A stretch of 64,000 bases of DNA from Escherichia phage vB_EcoM_112. The position numbers were made by a program, and so were the translations under genes. Positions 49,773 through 61,180 of this stretch are shown here, one piece after another. The DNA lies in the sequence record NC_024125.2; one strand, given 5' to 3'. Each line of letters starts with the position of its first letter. Within the stretch, counting starts at the first letter, position 1. Under the pieces are notes generated by a model. That model searched no databases. It was not told the DNA's origin and saw nothing but the letters and a program-made list of their open reading frames with translations.

Positions 49773-50398
49773 TATAGTAACTCAAAGAACTCTTTGAGGC
49801 CTCTTATTACATGAGCATGGGTTTTTCCACACTCTGGACACTTAATTGGAACAGCCAAATAAACGGTAGGCTTTAAAAGCATATCTTTTATAGCTACAAT
49901 ATCTGACTCTGTGATGATAGAATATAAATCTTCTAGTTCCTTTTCATTTAAGTCTTCAACTGGAATGCTTTCCCCGTTAGCATGAATCGTTTCTATGCAT
50001 GATACTATCATGTGGGCTATATTTTTATCATCAAAAATTTTAGGGTATCGGAATTTAATTTTAATGTCACCCAGTGTATACCAGAGGTCTTCTGGTGCAT
50101 CTATTTGTGCATGTAATAGATTTATATGGGTTGGTATTTCAGTTCCACAGGTGCACTTCCAGGAGTTTTCGTGATTAACTTCGCCGAGAGAATGTGCCCA
50201 TAAATGAATCAGCAGTAGTTCTGATTCTTGGCGGTTTAAATCTTTTGCATTTGTGCAGTCTTTGATTAGCTTTTTAACAATTGCTTCTACAGAACCATTA
50301 TTTTTGGCAGTAATAAGTTCTAGATATTCTTTAAGCGTGAATGCGCGACAATTGATTATTTTAGAACCAACTCTCACATCAAATTTGTATTCATACAT
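49772..50398 (-). CDS. 26: baseplate hub protein gp26
   Basis: 208 aa. Confidence 0.85.
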   Translation of the reverse strand: MYEYKFDVRVGSKIINCRAFTLKEYLELITAKNNGSVEAIVKKLIKDCTNAKDLNRQESELLLIHLWAHSLGEVNHENSWKCTCGTEIPTHINLLHAQIDAPEDLWYTLGDIKIKFRYPKIFDDKNIAHMIVSCIETIHANGESIPVEDLNEKELEDLYSIITESDIVAIKDMLLKPTVYLAVPIKCPECGKTHAHVIRGLKEFFELL

Positions 50399-50448
50399 AT
50401 TTAGCTCCTTTATTTATCATATTTATAAATAGAATAAAAGGAGCATCT

Positions 50449-51198
50449 ATGGCAAACATTATTCGTTGTAAATTACCAGATGGTGTTCATCGTTTTAAAC
50501 CATTTACGGTAGAAGATTATCGAGATTTTTTGTTAGTTCGAAACGATATAGAACATCGGTCACCACAAGAACAAAAAGAAATAATTACTGATTTAATTGA
50601 TGATTATTTTGGAGACTATCCGAAGACTTGGCAACCATTTATATTTTTGCAGGTATTTGTAGGGTCGATAGGTAAAACTAAAGTACCAGTCACATTCGTA
50701 TGTCCAAAATGTAAAAAAGAAAAGACAGTTCCATTTGAAATATACCAAAAAGAATTAAAGGAACCTGTTTTTGATGTAGCTAATGTTAAAATTAAATTAA
50801 AGTTTCCTTCTGAGTTTTATGAAAATAAAGCAAAGATGATTACTGAAAATATTCATTCTGTTCAAGTAGATGAAATTTGGTATGATTGGAAGGAAATTAG
50901 CGAGTCTAGTCAAATAGAACTCGTTGACGCCATCGAGATAGAAACATTAGAACAAATTCTCGATGCAATGAATCCTATTAATTTAACTCTACATATGTCA
51001 TGCTGTAATAAGTACATTAAAAAATACACTGATATAGTAGACGTGTTTAAGCTATTAGTTAACCCAGATGAGATATTTACTTTTTATCAAATTAATCACA
51101 CACTCGTAAAAAGTAATTATAGCTTAAATTCAATAATGAAAATGATTCCTGCTGAGCGCGGATTCGTATTAAAACTGATTGAGAAGGATAAACAATAA
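50449..51198 (+). CDS. 51: baseplate hub assembly protein gp51
   Basis: 249 aa. Confidence 0.85.
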   Translation: MANIIRCKLPDGVHRFKPFTVEDYRDFLLVRNDIEHRSPQEQKEIITDLIDDYFGDYPKTWQPFIFLQVFVGSIGKTKVPVTFVCPKCKKEKTVPFEIYQKELKEPVFDVANVKIKLKFPSEFYENKAKMITENIHSVQVDEIWYDWKEISESSQIELVDAIEIETLEQILDAMNPINLTLHMSCCNKYIKKYTDIVDVFKLLVNPDEIFTFYQINHTLVKSNYSLNSIMKMIPAERGFVLKLIEKDKQ

Positions 51199-52373
51199 TG
51201 AGTATGTTGCAACGCCCCGGATATCCAAATCTCAGCGTTAAATTATTTGATAGCTACGACGCTTGGAGTAATAATAGATTTGTTGAATTAGCTGCTACTA
51301 TTACCACATTAACTATGCGGGATTCTCTTTATGGACGAAATGAAGGAATGCTGCAGTTTTATGATTCTAAAAATATCCACACAAAAATGGATGGAAATGA
51401 AATAATTCAAATTTCTGTAGCTAATGCAAACGATATTAATAATGTTAAAACACGAATTTATGGATGCAAGCATTTTTCCGTGTCAGTAGATTCAAAAGGT
51501 GATAACATCATTGCTATTGAATTGGGAACTATTCATTCTATAGAAAATCTTAAATTTGGTAGACCATTTTTCCCTGATGCAGGTGAATCTATAAAAGAAA
51601 TGCTTGGTGTCATTTATCAAGACCGCACATTATTAACTCCAGCAATAAATGCTATAAATGCTTATGTTCCTGATATTCCATGGACTAGTACATTTGAAAA
51701 TTATTTGTCCTATGTAAGAGAAGTTGCTCTAGCTGTAGGAAGTGACAAATTTGTATTTGTGTGGCAAGACATCATGGGAGTTAACATGATGGACTATGAT
51801 ATGATGATAAATCAAGAACCATATCCAATGATTGTCGGCGAGCCATCTTTAATAGGTCAATTCATCCAAGAATTAAAATATCCATTAGCATATGATTTCG
51901 TTTGGTTGACTAAATCGAATCCTCACAAACGTGACCCAATGAAAAACGCTACTATCTATGCGCATTCGTTTTTGGATTCTTCATTGCCAATGATTACTAC
52001 AGGAAAGGGCGAAAACTCTATTGTAGTGTCAAGGTCAGGTGCTTATTCTGAAATGACTTATAGGAATGGATATGAAGAAGCTATTCGTCTTCAAACTATG
52101 GCGCAATACGATGGCTATGCTAAATGTTCTACTGTCGGTAATTTTAACTTGACTCCTGGCGTTAAAATTATTTTTAATGATAGTAAAAATCAATTTAAAA
52201 CCGAATTTTACGTTGATGAAGTTATCCATGAATTATCAAATAATAATTCCGTAACTCATCTATATATGTTCACTAATGCAACGAAACTGGAAACAATAGA
52301 CCCAGTTAAGGTTAAAAATGAATTTAAATCTGATACTACCACTGAAGAAAGTAGTTCTTCCAATAAGCAATAA
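51198..52373 (+). CDS. 27: baseplate hub protein gp27
   Basis: 391 aa. Confidence 0.9.
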   Translation: MSMLQRPGYPNLSVKLFDSYDAWSNNRFVELAATITTLTMRDSLYGRNEGMLQFYDSKNIHTKMDGNEIIQISVANANDINNVKTRIYGCKHFSVSVDSKGDNIIAIELGTIHSIENLKFGRPFFPDAGESIKEMLGVIYQDRTLLTPAINAINAYVPDIPWTSTFENYLSYVREVALAVGSDKFVFVWQDIMGVNMMDYDMMINQEPYPMIVGEPSLIGQFIQELKYPLAYDFVWLTKSNPHKRDPMKNATIYAHSFLDSSLPMITTGKGENSIVVSRSGAYSEMTYRNGYEEAIRLQTMAQYDGYAKCSTVGNFNLTPGVKIIFNDSKNQFKTEFYVDEVIHELSNNNSVTHLYMFTNATKLETIDPVKVKNEFKSDTTTEESSSSNKQ

Positions 52374-52851
52374 AGAAGTTTCTATTCCTAAAATGGGTCT
52401 TAAACACTATAACATTTTAAAAGATGTTAAAGGTCCTGATGAAAATTTAAAACTTCTTATTGATTCTATTTGTCCGAATTTATCACCGGCAGAAGTTGAT
52501 TTCGTTTCTATTCATCTATTGGAATTTAATGGAAAGATTAAATCTCGTAAAGAAATAGATGGTTATACTTATGACATTAATGATGTTTATGTATGCCAAA
52601 GATTGGAATTTCAATACCAAGGAAATACATTTTATTTTAGACCTCCTGGAAAATTTGAACAATTTTTAACTGTAAGCGATATGTTATCCAAATGCTTGCT
52701 TAAGGTCAATGATGAAGTTAAAGAAATTAATTTTCTTGAGATGCCAGCATTCGTTTTAAAATGGGCAAATGATATTTTTACAACTTTAGCAATTCCTGGC
52801 CCTAATGGTCCAATAACTGGAATTGGCAATATTATTGGATTATTTGAATGA
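52318..52851 (+). CDS. 28: baseplate hub protein gp28
   Basis: 177 aa, overlaps 3' end of gene 27. Confidence 0.8.
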   Translation: MNLNLILPLKKVVLPISNKEVSIPKMGLKHYNILKDVKGPDENLKLLIDSICPNLSPAEVDFVSIHLLEFNGKIKSRKEIDGYTYDINDVYVCQRLEFQYQGNTFYFRPPGKFEQFLTVSDMLSKCLLKVNDEVKEINFLEMPAFVLKWANDIFTTLAIPGPNGPITGIGNIIGLFE

Positions 52852-54620
52852 AAAAGCCACAAGAAATGCAAACGATGCGTAGAAAAGTTATTTCAGATAA
52901 TAAACCAACACAGGAAGCGGCTAAATCCGCTTCCAATACTTTATCTGGACTTAATGATATATCTACGAAATTGGATGATGCTCAAGCTGCTTCTGAATTA
53001 ATAGCTCAAACTGTCGAAGAAAAATCGAATGAAATAGTTGGAGCAATTGGTAACGTAGAAAGCGCAGTGAGTGATACTACTGCCGGTTCTGAGTTAATTG
53101 CTGAAACTGTCGAAATTGGCAACAATATTAATAAAGAAATCGGTGAATCACTCGGAAGCAAATTAGATAAATTAACAAGTTTACTAGAGCAAAAAATTCA
53201 GACAGCTGGAATTCAACAGACTGGAACTAGTTTAGCCACGGTTGAAAGCGCTATTCCTGTTAAAGTTGTTGAGGATGATACTGCTGAATCTGTGGGTCCT
53301 TTATTACCGGCTCCCGAAGCAGTTAATAATGATCCTGATGCTGATTTTTTCCCGACTCCTCAGCCAGTTGAACCCAAACAAGAATCGCCAGAAGAAAAAC
53401 AGAAAAAAGAAGCATTTAACTTAAAATTATCTCAAGCTTTAGATAAATTAACAAAGACTGTTGATTTTGGATTTAAGAAATCCATTTCAATTAGTGATAA
53501 AATATCAAGCATGTTATTTAAGTACACCATAAGTGCTGCTATTGAAGCTGCTAAAATGACTGCAATGATATTGGCTGTTGTTGTTGGAATAGACCTGTTG
53601 ATGGTTCATTTTAAATACTGGTCAGATAAATTTTCAAAAGCCTGGGATTTATTTAATACTGACTTTACTAAATTCTCTAGCGAAACCGGAACATGGGGTC
53701 CTTTATTACAGAGCATCTTTAGTTCTATTGATAAAATTCAACAATTTTGGGAAAAGGGAGATTGGGGCGGATTGACGGCAGCTATCATAGAAGGACTCGG
53801 AAGTGTTCTTTTTAATTTAGGAGAGCTTATTCAATTAGGTATGGCTAAATTATCTGCTGCAATTCTTCGAGTCATTCCTGGCATGAAAGACACTGCTGAT
53901 GAAGTAGAAGGAAGAGCACTGGAAAATTTCCAAAATACTACTGGAGCATCTCTCAATAAAGAAGACCAGGAAAAAGTTGCAAATTATCAGTACAAAAGAA
54001 TGAATGGAGACCTTGGTCCGATAGCAAAAGGATTAGACAAAATTGCGAACTGGAAAACTCGTGCATCTAACTGGATTCGTGGTGTAGATAATAAAGAAGC
54101 ACTAACATCTGATGAAGAGAGAGCAGAGGAAGAAGAAAAATTAAAGCAGCTTTCTCCAGAGGAAGCTAAAATTGCTTTAATGAAAGCTAATGAAGCTCGT
54201 GCTGCTATGAATCGTTTTGAAAAATATGCTGATTCAGCTGATATGAGTAAAGACTCAACGGTTAAATCTGTTGAATCTGCCTATGAAGACCTTAAAAAAC
54301 GGATGGATGACCCGGATTTAAACAATTCACCGGCAGTTAAAAAAGAACTTGCTGCTAGATTTTCTAAAATTGATGCTACTTATCAAGAGCTCAAGAAAAA
54401 TCAGCCTAATGCCAAACCTGAAACTTCTGCTAAATCGCCAGAAGCGAAACAGGTCCAGGTTATTGAAAAGAACAAAGCACAGCAAGCTCCTGTTCAGCAA
54501 GCATCTCCTTCAATCAATAATACTAATAATGTTATTAAGAAAAATACTGTCGTTCATAATATGACACCTGTCACAAGCACAACTGCTCCTGGTGTATTTG
54601 ATGCGACTGGAGTTAATTAA
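52848..54620 (+). CDS. 29: tail tape-measure / baseplate hub protein gp29
   Basis: 590 aa. Confidence 0.9.
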   Translation: MKKPQEMQTMRRKVISDNKPTQEAAKSASNTLSGLNDISTKLDDAQAASELIAQTVEEKSNEIVGAIGNVESAVSDTTAGSELIAETVEIGNNINKEIGESLGSKLDKLTSLLEQKIQTAGIQQTGTSLATVESAIPVKVVEDDTAESVGPLLPAPEAVNNDPDADFFPTPQPVEPKQESPEEKQKKEAFNLKLSQALDKLTKTVDFGFKKSISISDKISSMLFKYTISAAIEAAKMTAMILAVVVGIDLLMVHFKYWSDKFSKAWDLFNTDFTKFSSETGTWGPLLQSIFSSIDKIQQFWEKGDWGGLTAAIIEGLGSVLFNLGELIQLGMAKLSAAILRVIPGMKDTADEVEGRALENFQNTTGASLNKEDQEKVANYQYKRMNGDLGPIAKGLDKIANWKTRASNWIRGVDNKEALTSDEERAEEEEKLKQLSPEEAKIALMKANEARAAMNRFEKYADSADMSKDSTVKSVESAYEDLKKRMDDPDLNNSPAVKKELAARFSKIDATYQELKKNQPNAKPETSAKSPEAKQVQVIEKNKAQQAPVQQASPSINNTNNVIKKNTVVHNMTPVTSTTAPGVFDATGVN

Positions 54621-54628
54621 GGAATAAT

Positions 54629-55723
54629 ATGGCAATTGTTAAAGAAATAACTGCTGATTTAATTAAAAAGTCCGGTGAGAAAATTTCAGCCGGACAGAGT
54701 ACTAAATCAGAAGTAGGAACTAAAACATACACAGCCCAGTTTCCAACTGGGCGTGCTAGTGGTAATGACACTACAGGGGACTTCCAGGTAACAGATCTAT
54801 ATAAGAATGGATTATTATTTACTGCATACAATATGTCATCTAGGGATTCTGGAAGTCTTAGATCGATGAGATCTAACTACTCTTCTTCATCTTCGAGTAT
54901 TTTACGTACAGCCAGAAACACTATCAGTAATACAGTATCAAAACTATCAAATGGATTAATATCAAATAATAATTCAGGAACAATAAGTAAAGCTCCTATC
55001 GCAAACATTCTTTTACCGAGATCTAAATCTGATGTTGATACATCATCACATAGATTTAATGATGTTCAAGAAAGCCTTATCAGTAGAGGCGGAGGTACTG
55101 CTACTGGAGTGCTAAGTAATATTGCTTCAACCGCAGTATTTGGGGCACTGGAAAGTATAACACAAGGTATAATGGCTGATAATAATGAACAGATTTATAC
55201 GACAGCCAGAAGTATGTATGGTGGTGCTGAAAATAGAACTAAAGTGTTTACTTGGGATTTGACTCCACGTTCAACAGAAGATTTAATGGCTATTATTAAT
55301 ATCTATCAATATTTTAACTATTTTTCTTATGGTGAAACTGGTAAATCTCAATATGCTGCTGAAATAAAGGGGTATTTAGATGATTGGTATCGTTCTACGT
55401 TAATTGAACCTTTATCTCCGGAAGACGCAGCTAAAAATAAAACACTATTTGAGAAAATGACATCGAGTTTAACTAACGTTCTAGTAGTTTCAAACCCGAC
55501 AGTTTGGATGGTGAAAAACTTTGGTGCAACATCTAAGTTTGATGGAAAAACGGAAATATTTGGTCCATGCCAAATACAGAGCATTAGATTTGATAAAACA
55601 CCTAATGGTAACTTTAACGGATTAGCTATTGCTCCAAACCTCCCTAGTACATTTACTCTCGAGATTACTATGAGAGAAATTATCACGTTAAACCGTGCTT
55701 CTTTATATGCGGGGACTTTTTAA
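54629..55723 (+). CDS. 48: baseplate-tail tube junction protein gp48
   Basis: 364 aa. Confidence 0.9.
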   Translation: MAIVKEITADLIKKSGEKISAGQSTKSEVGTKTYTAQFPTGRASGNDTTGDFQVTDLYKNGLLFTAYNMSSRDSGSLRSMRSNYSSSSSSILRTARNTISNTVSKLSNGLISNNNSGTISKAPIANILLPRSKSDVDTSSHRFNDVQESLISRGGGTATGVLSNIASTAVFGALESITQGIMADNNEQIYTTARSMYGGAENRTKVFTWDLTPRSTEDLMAIINIYQYFNYFSYGETGKSQYAAEIKGYLDDWYRSTLIEPLSPEDAAKNKTLFEKMTSSLTNVLVVSNPTVWMVKNFGATSKFDGKTEIFGPCQIQSIRFDKTPNGNFNGLAIAPNLPSTFTLEITMREIITLNRASLYAGTF

Positions 55724-56646
55724 TGTATTCTTTAGAGGAATTTAATAATCAAGCAATAAACGCAGATTTCCAACGTAATAATATGTTTAGCTGCGTTTTT
55801 GCGACAACTCCATCAACTAAAAGCTCTTCGTTGATAAGTTCAATTAGCAACTTTTCTTATAATAACTTGGGCCTAAATTCAGATTGGTTAGGATTGACTC
55901 AAGGTGATATTAATCAGGGAATTACCACGCTAATTACTGCTGGCACACAAAAACTGATAAGAAAATCAGGGGTTAGTAAATATCTTATTGGTGCCATGAG
56001 TCAACGTACAGTTCAAAGTTTATTAGGCTCATTTACAGTTGGTACATATTTAATTGACTTCTTTAACATGGCATATAACTCATCTGGATTGATGATATAC
56101 TCTGTAAAAATGCCAGAGAATAGATTATCCTATGAAACTGACTGGAACTATAATTCTCCTAATATTCGTATAACTGGGAGAGAATTAGACCCTTTGGTTA
56201 TTTCATTTAGAATGGATTCAGAAGCTTGTAACTATCGTGCAATGCAAGACTGGGTTAACTCCGTTCAAGACCCAGTAACTGGACTGCGTGCTTTGCCACA
56301 GGATGTCGAGGCAGATATTCAGGTTAATCTTCATTCTCGTAATGGATTGCCTCATACTGCGGTGATGTTCACTGGATGCATTCCAATATCAGTGAGCGCT
56401 CCTGAGTTATCATATGATGGAGATAACCAAATAACTACATTTGATGTTACTTTTGCGTATAGAGTGATGCAGGCTGGAGCAGTTGATAGGCAAGCTGCGC
56501 TTGAATGGCTTGAATCTGCTGCTATAAATGGTATTCAAAGCGTTCTCGGAAATAGTGGAGGTGTTACTGAACTATCTAATTCGCTTTCACGACTCAGTAG
56601 ATTAGGTGGAACTGCAGGAAGCATTTCAAATATTAGTATACTATGA
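55723..56646 (+). CDS. 54: baseplate-tail tube initiator gp54
   Basis: 307 aa. Confidence 0.9.
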   Translation: MYSLEEFNNQAINADFQRNNMFSCVFATTPSTKSSSLISSISNFSYNNLGLNSDWLGLTQGDINQGITTLITAGTQKLIRKSGVSKYLIGAMSQRTVQSLLGSFTVGTYLIDFFNMAYNSSGLMIYSVKMPENRLSYETDWNYNSPNIRITGRELDPLVISFRMDSEACNYRAMQDWVNSVQDPVTGLRALPQDVEADIQVNLHSRNGLPHTAVMFTGCIPISVSAPELSYDGDNQITTFDVTFAYRVMQAGAVDRQAALEWLESAAINGIQSVLGNSGGVTELSNSLSRLSRLGGTAGSISNISIL

Positions 56647-56694
56647 CAGGGATTGTCAATTCGCAGAGTAAAATATTAGGAGCAATATAACAAC

Positions 56695-56712
56695 GGGGAC
56701 CTTTCGGTCCCC
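56695..56712. terminator. bidirectional hairpin between gene 54 (plus) and minus-strand ORF
   Basis: ggggacc-tttc-ggtcccc followed by atattttta. Confidence 0.6.
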
Positions 56713-56718
56713 ATATTT

Positions 56719-57009
56719 TTATTTGCGGAATGAAATGAAAGCAGAAACTGAAGCAACTAAACTGTCTTCAATATAAACTTCAATTTTTACCGGAGCTTCT
56801 GACTCAAATTTACCTGTTACTACACCCTGAAAAATACTTTCAGTCTGTTCTGGCTTTGAAAAATTTTCAGAAGGAAAAATTCCAAACTTTTTATCTGTTC
56901 CGAAAATTTTGATAAATTCATCATAAACTGCTTCATTAAAAGCATTATCAGCAGGAATAACGCCTTCAACTACAAGTTCTTGACCTAAAAAGCGTAAAGA
57001 AGATTTCAT
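56719..57009 (-). CDS. hypothetical protein
   Basis: 96 aa ORF downstream of the alt duplicate. Confidence 0.5.
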   Translation of the reverse strand: MKSSLRFLGQELVVEGVIPADNAFNEAVYDEFIKIFGTDKKFGIFPSENFSKPEQTESIFQGVVTGKFESEAPVKIEVYIEDSLVASVSAFISFRK

Positions 57010-57041
57010 TTTGTGTTCCTCATGTTATGTCAGTAAGACTA

Positions 57042-57427
57042 CTATAACACAACACGAGGGACTTGTAAACTACATTTTGAACTTTTTAGTACGCGTAATA
57101 GGCATGCGTCGATTTTATACTGTTTCATTGTTTGAAGAGCAGTATCAAAAACAGCATTAATGACACCAATTGGATTTCCACCCAAGTTTTTAAGCTTAAC
57201 TAATGATAGTTTCTCATTAACACCTATCATTACGATATGCATCATTTTATCGCCCGGCTTAACGTTTTATTCGTATCACCGCCAGAGGTGTATGTACAAA
57301 ATCTAAATCCAGGAAGCACGCTTTCTTCGCCGGCTTGAATAGCAAAAATTTGTGGTATTTTATGCTTAGGATTTAAGTTAACAACCGGCGCCGAAGCGCC
57401 GTCAAATAATTCTGTAATAAGTTCCAT
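57042..57427 (-). pseudogene. frameshifted partial duplicate of the alt N-terminal region (two ORFs of 61 and 67 aa)
   Basis: 57242..57427 (MELITELFDGASAPVVNLNPKHKIPQIF...) aligns to Alt residues about 2-57; 57042..57245 (MMHIVMIGVNEKLSLVKLKNLGGNPIGVINAVFDTALQTMKQYKIDAC...) to about 64-125. Confidence 0.65.
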
Positions 57428-57430
57428 GAT

Positions 57431-59482
57431 TTATCCTTGAACGAACTTGTAAGGCATGTTTGCAATATCTATGCAAGACGCAATAATTCCAAGAGATGAT
57501 TCTACTTTCTGTTTAACATTTGATGAAACAAATGATGCAAAGTCAACTCTATCTTCTATATCACCTGTCATTGTAACCAATTCACCAGTTTCCATTAAAC
57601 GGTCACCGTCATAAATTACCGATTCGGTGAGTTCTTCTGTGGTCATAACTTCAGCTTGAATAAGCTTGTTGTTAGTTCTAACTGTTCCATCGTTGTAAGA
57701 TGCATCGGTTATTTTATTAACTTTGACCATTAATCCACGTGGCAAAATGACTTCCATTTCATTTGAAGGCGCTAAACTTCCACCGGGTAAAACAACATTG
57801 ACCTTATCAGCCCCAGTAATAACCCATCCAATTCCAACTAAATTATCGCTAGAATTTACAAGTCCTTCATCAGTTTTATCAATAGAAACACTTAAACGCT
57901 TTTCGTCTGGTAAAACACCCACAGATGAATCAGTCATCCAAGTACCAAAAATATTTGGATATAATGATGTTGACACAAAGTTTCTAAAATAAAAAACTCG
58001 ATTTTTTACCATTGCTTCATATATTGAAGGTAACATTCGTTGTGAACGATACAAAGTAATACCTTTTGGTAATCGTTCACCATTTTTAAAGGCTGAATCT
58101 AAATTATCAATGGCTTGTTCTATTTCAGGTGCTGTTAAAATACTTGTACGCTCATCTGGATTATATAATCCCAAAAGAGCATTATTTATGTCTACATATC
58201 CTGAACCTACATATTCACGAATTCCGCGTTTTTGCGCTGGTGTGTATTTAGATGAATCTTTATTTTCGACTATAGGATGTAATGACCATCCAGCGGTAAG
58301 AGCATATCCACGTAATTCTCTTCGAATAATCTTTGTTTTTATTGCATTCCAAGAATTTTGTACTAACTCATTTGCAGCATCTTGGTTTAAATGCGAATGT
58401 CTGTTAATATTTCTTTCAAACCAAGCACCTTTATATTTTTCTAAAGTATCATCGACGATAGAAGCAATAGTTTCTAAAGTTTTTATTGAAGTAATAGATT
58501 CTTTTCGTAATTTTTCTAAAGCTTTATTTTTTATTTCTGCATTAATAATGGATTCTTTATCTTCAGGAATTATAGAAGCTTCTCTGAATGCCATCCCAGC
58601 TGTAACACTGCTAAGAGCATTCTCTAGTGCAAATCCTGAAGTAGAAATTACCGTTAATTCATTAGAATCAGAAATTAAAGGAGCGTCCGCTGGTTTATTT
58701 AATTCTGCCGCTGAAGCCTCAAATTTTTGAAACATCGGTGTTTCAAATCTAGAAGATTCCAATGACTGACTTTGTGCAATTGCTCTACGGGAAATTTTAA
58801 CTTTAACGATTACAGCTTGGTCAGAACGTTTATCATTTTCTTGTGCAATAGATGCTGCAATTGCCTCATTTTTAGTTACTTGAGCTCCAGTATCTTTATT
58901 GATATAAACATCACCGACCTTCGATTCAACTTTAGTAAAGAGCTCGGTACTAATTTCCGGAACCCCTGGAATGTCTTCTAGTGATACATTTTTGCGATGT
59001 ATAAGAATATATGCATACTTTTTATCATAATCCCAGAGTTCCTTAAGAAGGACGTATCTGCCACCTGAACGACTACGGATAAGTCTATCAGCAATAACTT
59101 GAATTTGTCGAGCTTGGCCAGCAGTTTTAGACTTAAGAATACGAAGCATACAAGCATCAATTTTATACTGACGCATTGTTTGCAATGCAACAGTAAAAAC
59201 CGAATTGATATAATTAATTGGGCTTGGACCAAGACCTTTCAATTTAGCAATTGAACCTTTAGCGGTTAATGTAAAAGGAACAATATGCATCATTTTATCG
59301 CCCATCTTTAAATCACGATTAGTATCACCTCCAGATGTATAGGTACATAAACGAAAGCCTGGTTGTTCAATTGCGTCATCAACATGAACTGAAAAAATTT
59401 GCGGTATTTTCTTCTTTGGATTTAAGTTTGTAATCGGAAGAGTAGTATCTTCGTCAAATAATTCTGTAATTAGTTCCATCAT
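57431..59482 (-). CDS. alt: ADP-ribosyltransferase Alt (virion-packaged)
   Basis: 683 aa; C-terminal ART-like R / S-T-S / E elements (LYRSQR, FVSTSLY, EMEVILPRG); late promoter upstream. Confidence 0.9.
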   Translation of the reverse strand: MMELITELFDEDTTLPITNLNPKKKIPQIFSVHVDDAIEQPGFRLCTYTSGGDTNRDLKMGDKMMHIVPFTLTAKGSIAKLKGLGPSPINYINSVFTVALQTMRQYKIDACMLRILKSKTAGQARQIQVIADRLIRSRSGGRYVLLKELWDYDKKYAYILIHRKNVSLEDIPGVPEISTELFTKVESKVGDVYINKDTGAQVTKNEAIAASIAQENDKRSDQAVIVKVKISRRAIAQSQSLESSRFETPMFQKFEASAAELNKPADAPLISDSNELTVISTSGFALENALSSVTAGMAFREASIIPEDKESIINAEIKNKALEKLRKESITSIKTLETIASIVDDTLEKYKGAWFERNINRHSHLNQDAANELVQNSWNAIKTKIIRRELRGYALTAGWSLHPIVENKDSSKYTPAQKRGIREYVGSGYVDINNALLGLYNPDERTSILTAPEIEQAIDNLDSAFKNGERLPKGITLYRSQRMLPSIYEAMVKNRVFYFRNFVSTSLYPNIFGTWMTDSSVGVLPDEKRLSVSIDKTDEGLVNSSDNLVGIGWVITGADKVNVVLPGGSLAPSNEMEVILPRGLMVKVNKITDASYNDGTVRTNNKLIQAEVMTTEELTESVIYDGDRLMETGELVTMTGDIEDRVDFASFVSSNVKQKVESSLGIIASCIDIANMPYKFVQG

Positions 59483-59502
59483 ATCCTCTCTAGTGTTTAT
59501 TC

Positions 59503-59510
59503 TATTTATA
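59503..59510 (-). promoter_or_regulatory. late promoter TATAAATA (minus strand) upstream of alt
   Basis: plus-strand tatttata; hairpin aaaggcccgaaggccttt at about 59518..59535 just upstream. Confidence 0.55.
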
Positions 59511-59531
59511 AAATTAAAGGCCCGAAGGCCT

Positions 59532-59720
59532 TTAGTAATCTAGTGGTAAGAGAGTACGATATATTTCAAACTTTGGTCCTTTTTCATAGGCATCAAATGT
59601 TTCTGTGAATTTATTATAAGCGTATGCATCTACAAATTCGAGAACGATTTGTGATACAGAAGTAGAAACATCTCCACCTTCTTTTTGAGCAATGACAATT
59701 GCTTCTAAGTAAGCTTTCAT
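59532..59720 (-). CDS. hypothetical protein
   Basis: 62 aa ORF with ATGA-type overlap to 3' end of gene 30. Confidence 0.45.
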   Translation of the reverse strand: MKAYLEAIVIAQKEGGDVSTSVSQIVLEFVDAYAYNKFTETFDAYEKGPKFEIYRTLLPLDY

Positions 59721-61180
59721 AGACCAGTTACCTCATGAAAATCGCCAAATACATCTTCGAACGTATTAGCTTTAGTTTTATCTTCGCGTAAACGAATCGC
59801 AATCGGAAGAAATAATTTAACGTAATCAGTGCGGCCATCAGATTTTAACCAACCGTTGCATTCGCACTCTAGAATTTTTCCAATATAATAATTTTGGTTT
59901 TCCATAATGCGAGTACGGTCAAGTTCATGCGATTTTACACCGGCTTTATCTTTTAAGCCTGAACCAGCATTTACCTTAATTTTTCCACACTCTGACTCAA
60001 GAATAAATCCACCTGCTTTAGTAGGGTCTTTACGGTGAGGATAAATTCCTACAATTTTTAAATCAACATCAATTACTTCTTTAAATTTATAAAGATTTTT
60101 TGAACGGGCATTTTCCCATAACCCATCAACGTTTTTGAGAATAATACCTTCAAGACCTTGGTCAATATACTTTTTATAAATTACCTTGGCTTCGTCTAGG
60201 TTATTTACTACCTGGTTTTCAATTAAAATTACTTTATCATAGCCTGATGTCATTTGTTCTAGTTTAGAAAAACGTACATCATATTTCAAACGAAATGCAG
60301 GAAGACCGTATATTTCTACCAACGGTACATAATCCCAGACCTGAAACTTCATGCATTGAGCTTCTTTTTCAGAAATGGTTCCCTTTAAAGATTTATTAGC
60401 GATTCCATTAGAAGTAGTACGTGATTCAGCTACTTCGGCGAATTCTTTGGCTTTACTAATTTCAGGATAAGCATCAAAAAGAAAATCTAGGCCTTCTGGT
60501 TCCTTTTTAACTTGCTCATGGTATACCAATTCGCCATCAATTAACACACCTTCTGGATGAATCTGGCGGGCTTCAGCAGTCATTTTGATTAACTCTTCCT
60601 TAAGAAGATCTAATCCTAGATATTCATTACCAGCTCGTGATAAAAGACGAACATCATCTAATTCATCACCTCTGACTTCGGCAAAGCACCGAGCTCCATC
60701 AGCTTTTAATTGGGCAAAGGCTGGAAATTTGATATTCTTATTAATGCCTTTTTCATCATAAGAACTTGCCAGCATTTGAGGTTGTTCAGGAATTAAACCT
60801 GGCCAAACTTTGTTTGCAATAGATACTGAAGCACCGCATTCAAGGTCTCGCATCATCACCCGACGCAAAACTTCAACATCATCTTTTTTACCGTCAGTAA
60901 TATATCCAGTTAATTCCTCAATTGCTGCATTGCCAGTTAATTTCCGAGTAGCTAACGTGAATTCAATGAAGTCAAGCATATCGGTAATAGTCAGCATTCC
61001 AAAACTCTGGGTAGCAATACCAGGTTTAGGCCATTTCTTGATATAATACTGCAACCCACGAGAATAAGTTAAACGATATACTCGTTTAAGCAATTCATTA
61101 TCTTTATTCTTTTCAAGAATTGCTTGCTTCTGCTTAGTTGAACCAATAGATGCTATTTCGTTCAGAATTTTAAGAATCAT
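59717..61180 (-). CDS. 30: ATP-dependent DNA ligase gp30
   Basis: 487 aa; adenylation motif KADGAR (LKADGARCFA). Confidence 0.95.
   Translation of the reverse strand: MILKILNEIASIGSTKQKQAILEKNKDNELLKRVYRLTYSRGLQYYIKKWPKPGIATQSFGMLTITDMLDFIEFTLATRKLTGNAAIEELTGYITDGKKDDVEVLRRVMMRDLECGASVSIANKVWPGLIPEQPQMLASSYDEKGINKNIKFPAFAQLKADGARCFAEVRGDELDDVRLLSRAGNEYLGLDLLKEELIKMTAEARQIHPEGVLIDGELVYHEQVKKEPEGLDFLFDAYPEISKAKEFAEVAESRTTSNGIANKSLKGTISEKEAQCMKFQVWDYVPLVEIYGLPAFRLKYDVRFSKLEQMTSGYDKVILIENQVVNNLDEAKVIYKKYIDQGLEGIILKNVDGLWENARSKNLYKFKEVIDVDLKIVGIYPHRKDPTKAGGFILESECGKIKVNAGSGLKDKAGVKSHELDRTRIMENQNYYIGKILECECNGWLKSDGRTDYVKLFLPIAIRLREDKTKANTFEDVFGDFHEVTGL

Noticed and set aside
57723-58981. Plus-strand ORFs of 89, 206 and 69 aa inside alt
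   Set aside because: Antisense to a long, well-supported gene (alt); no translation signals; typical shadow ORFs in AT-rich phage DNA.
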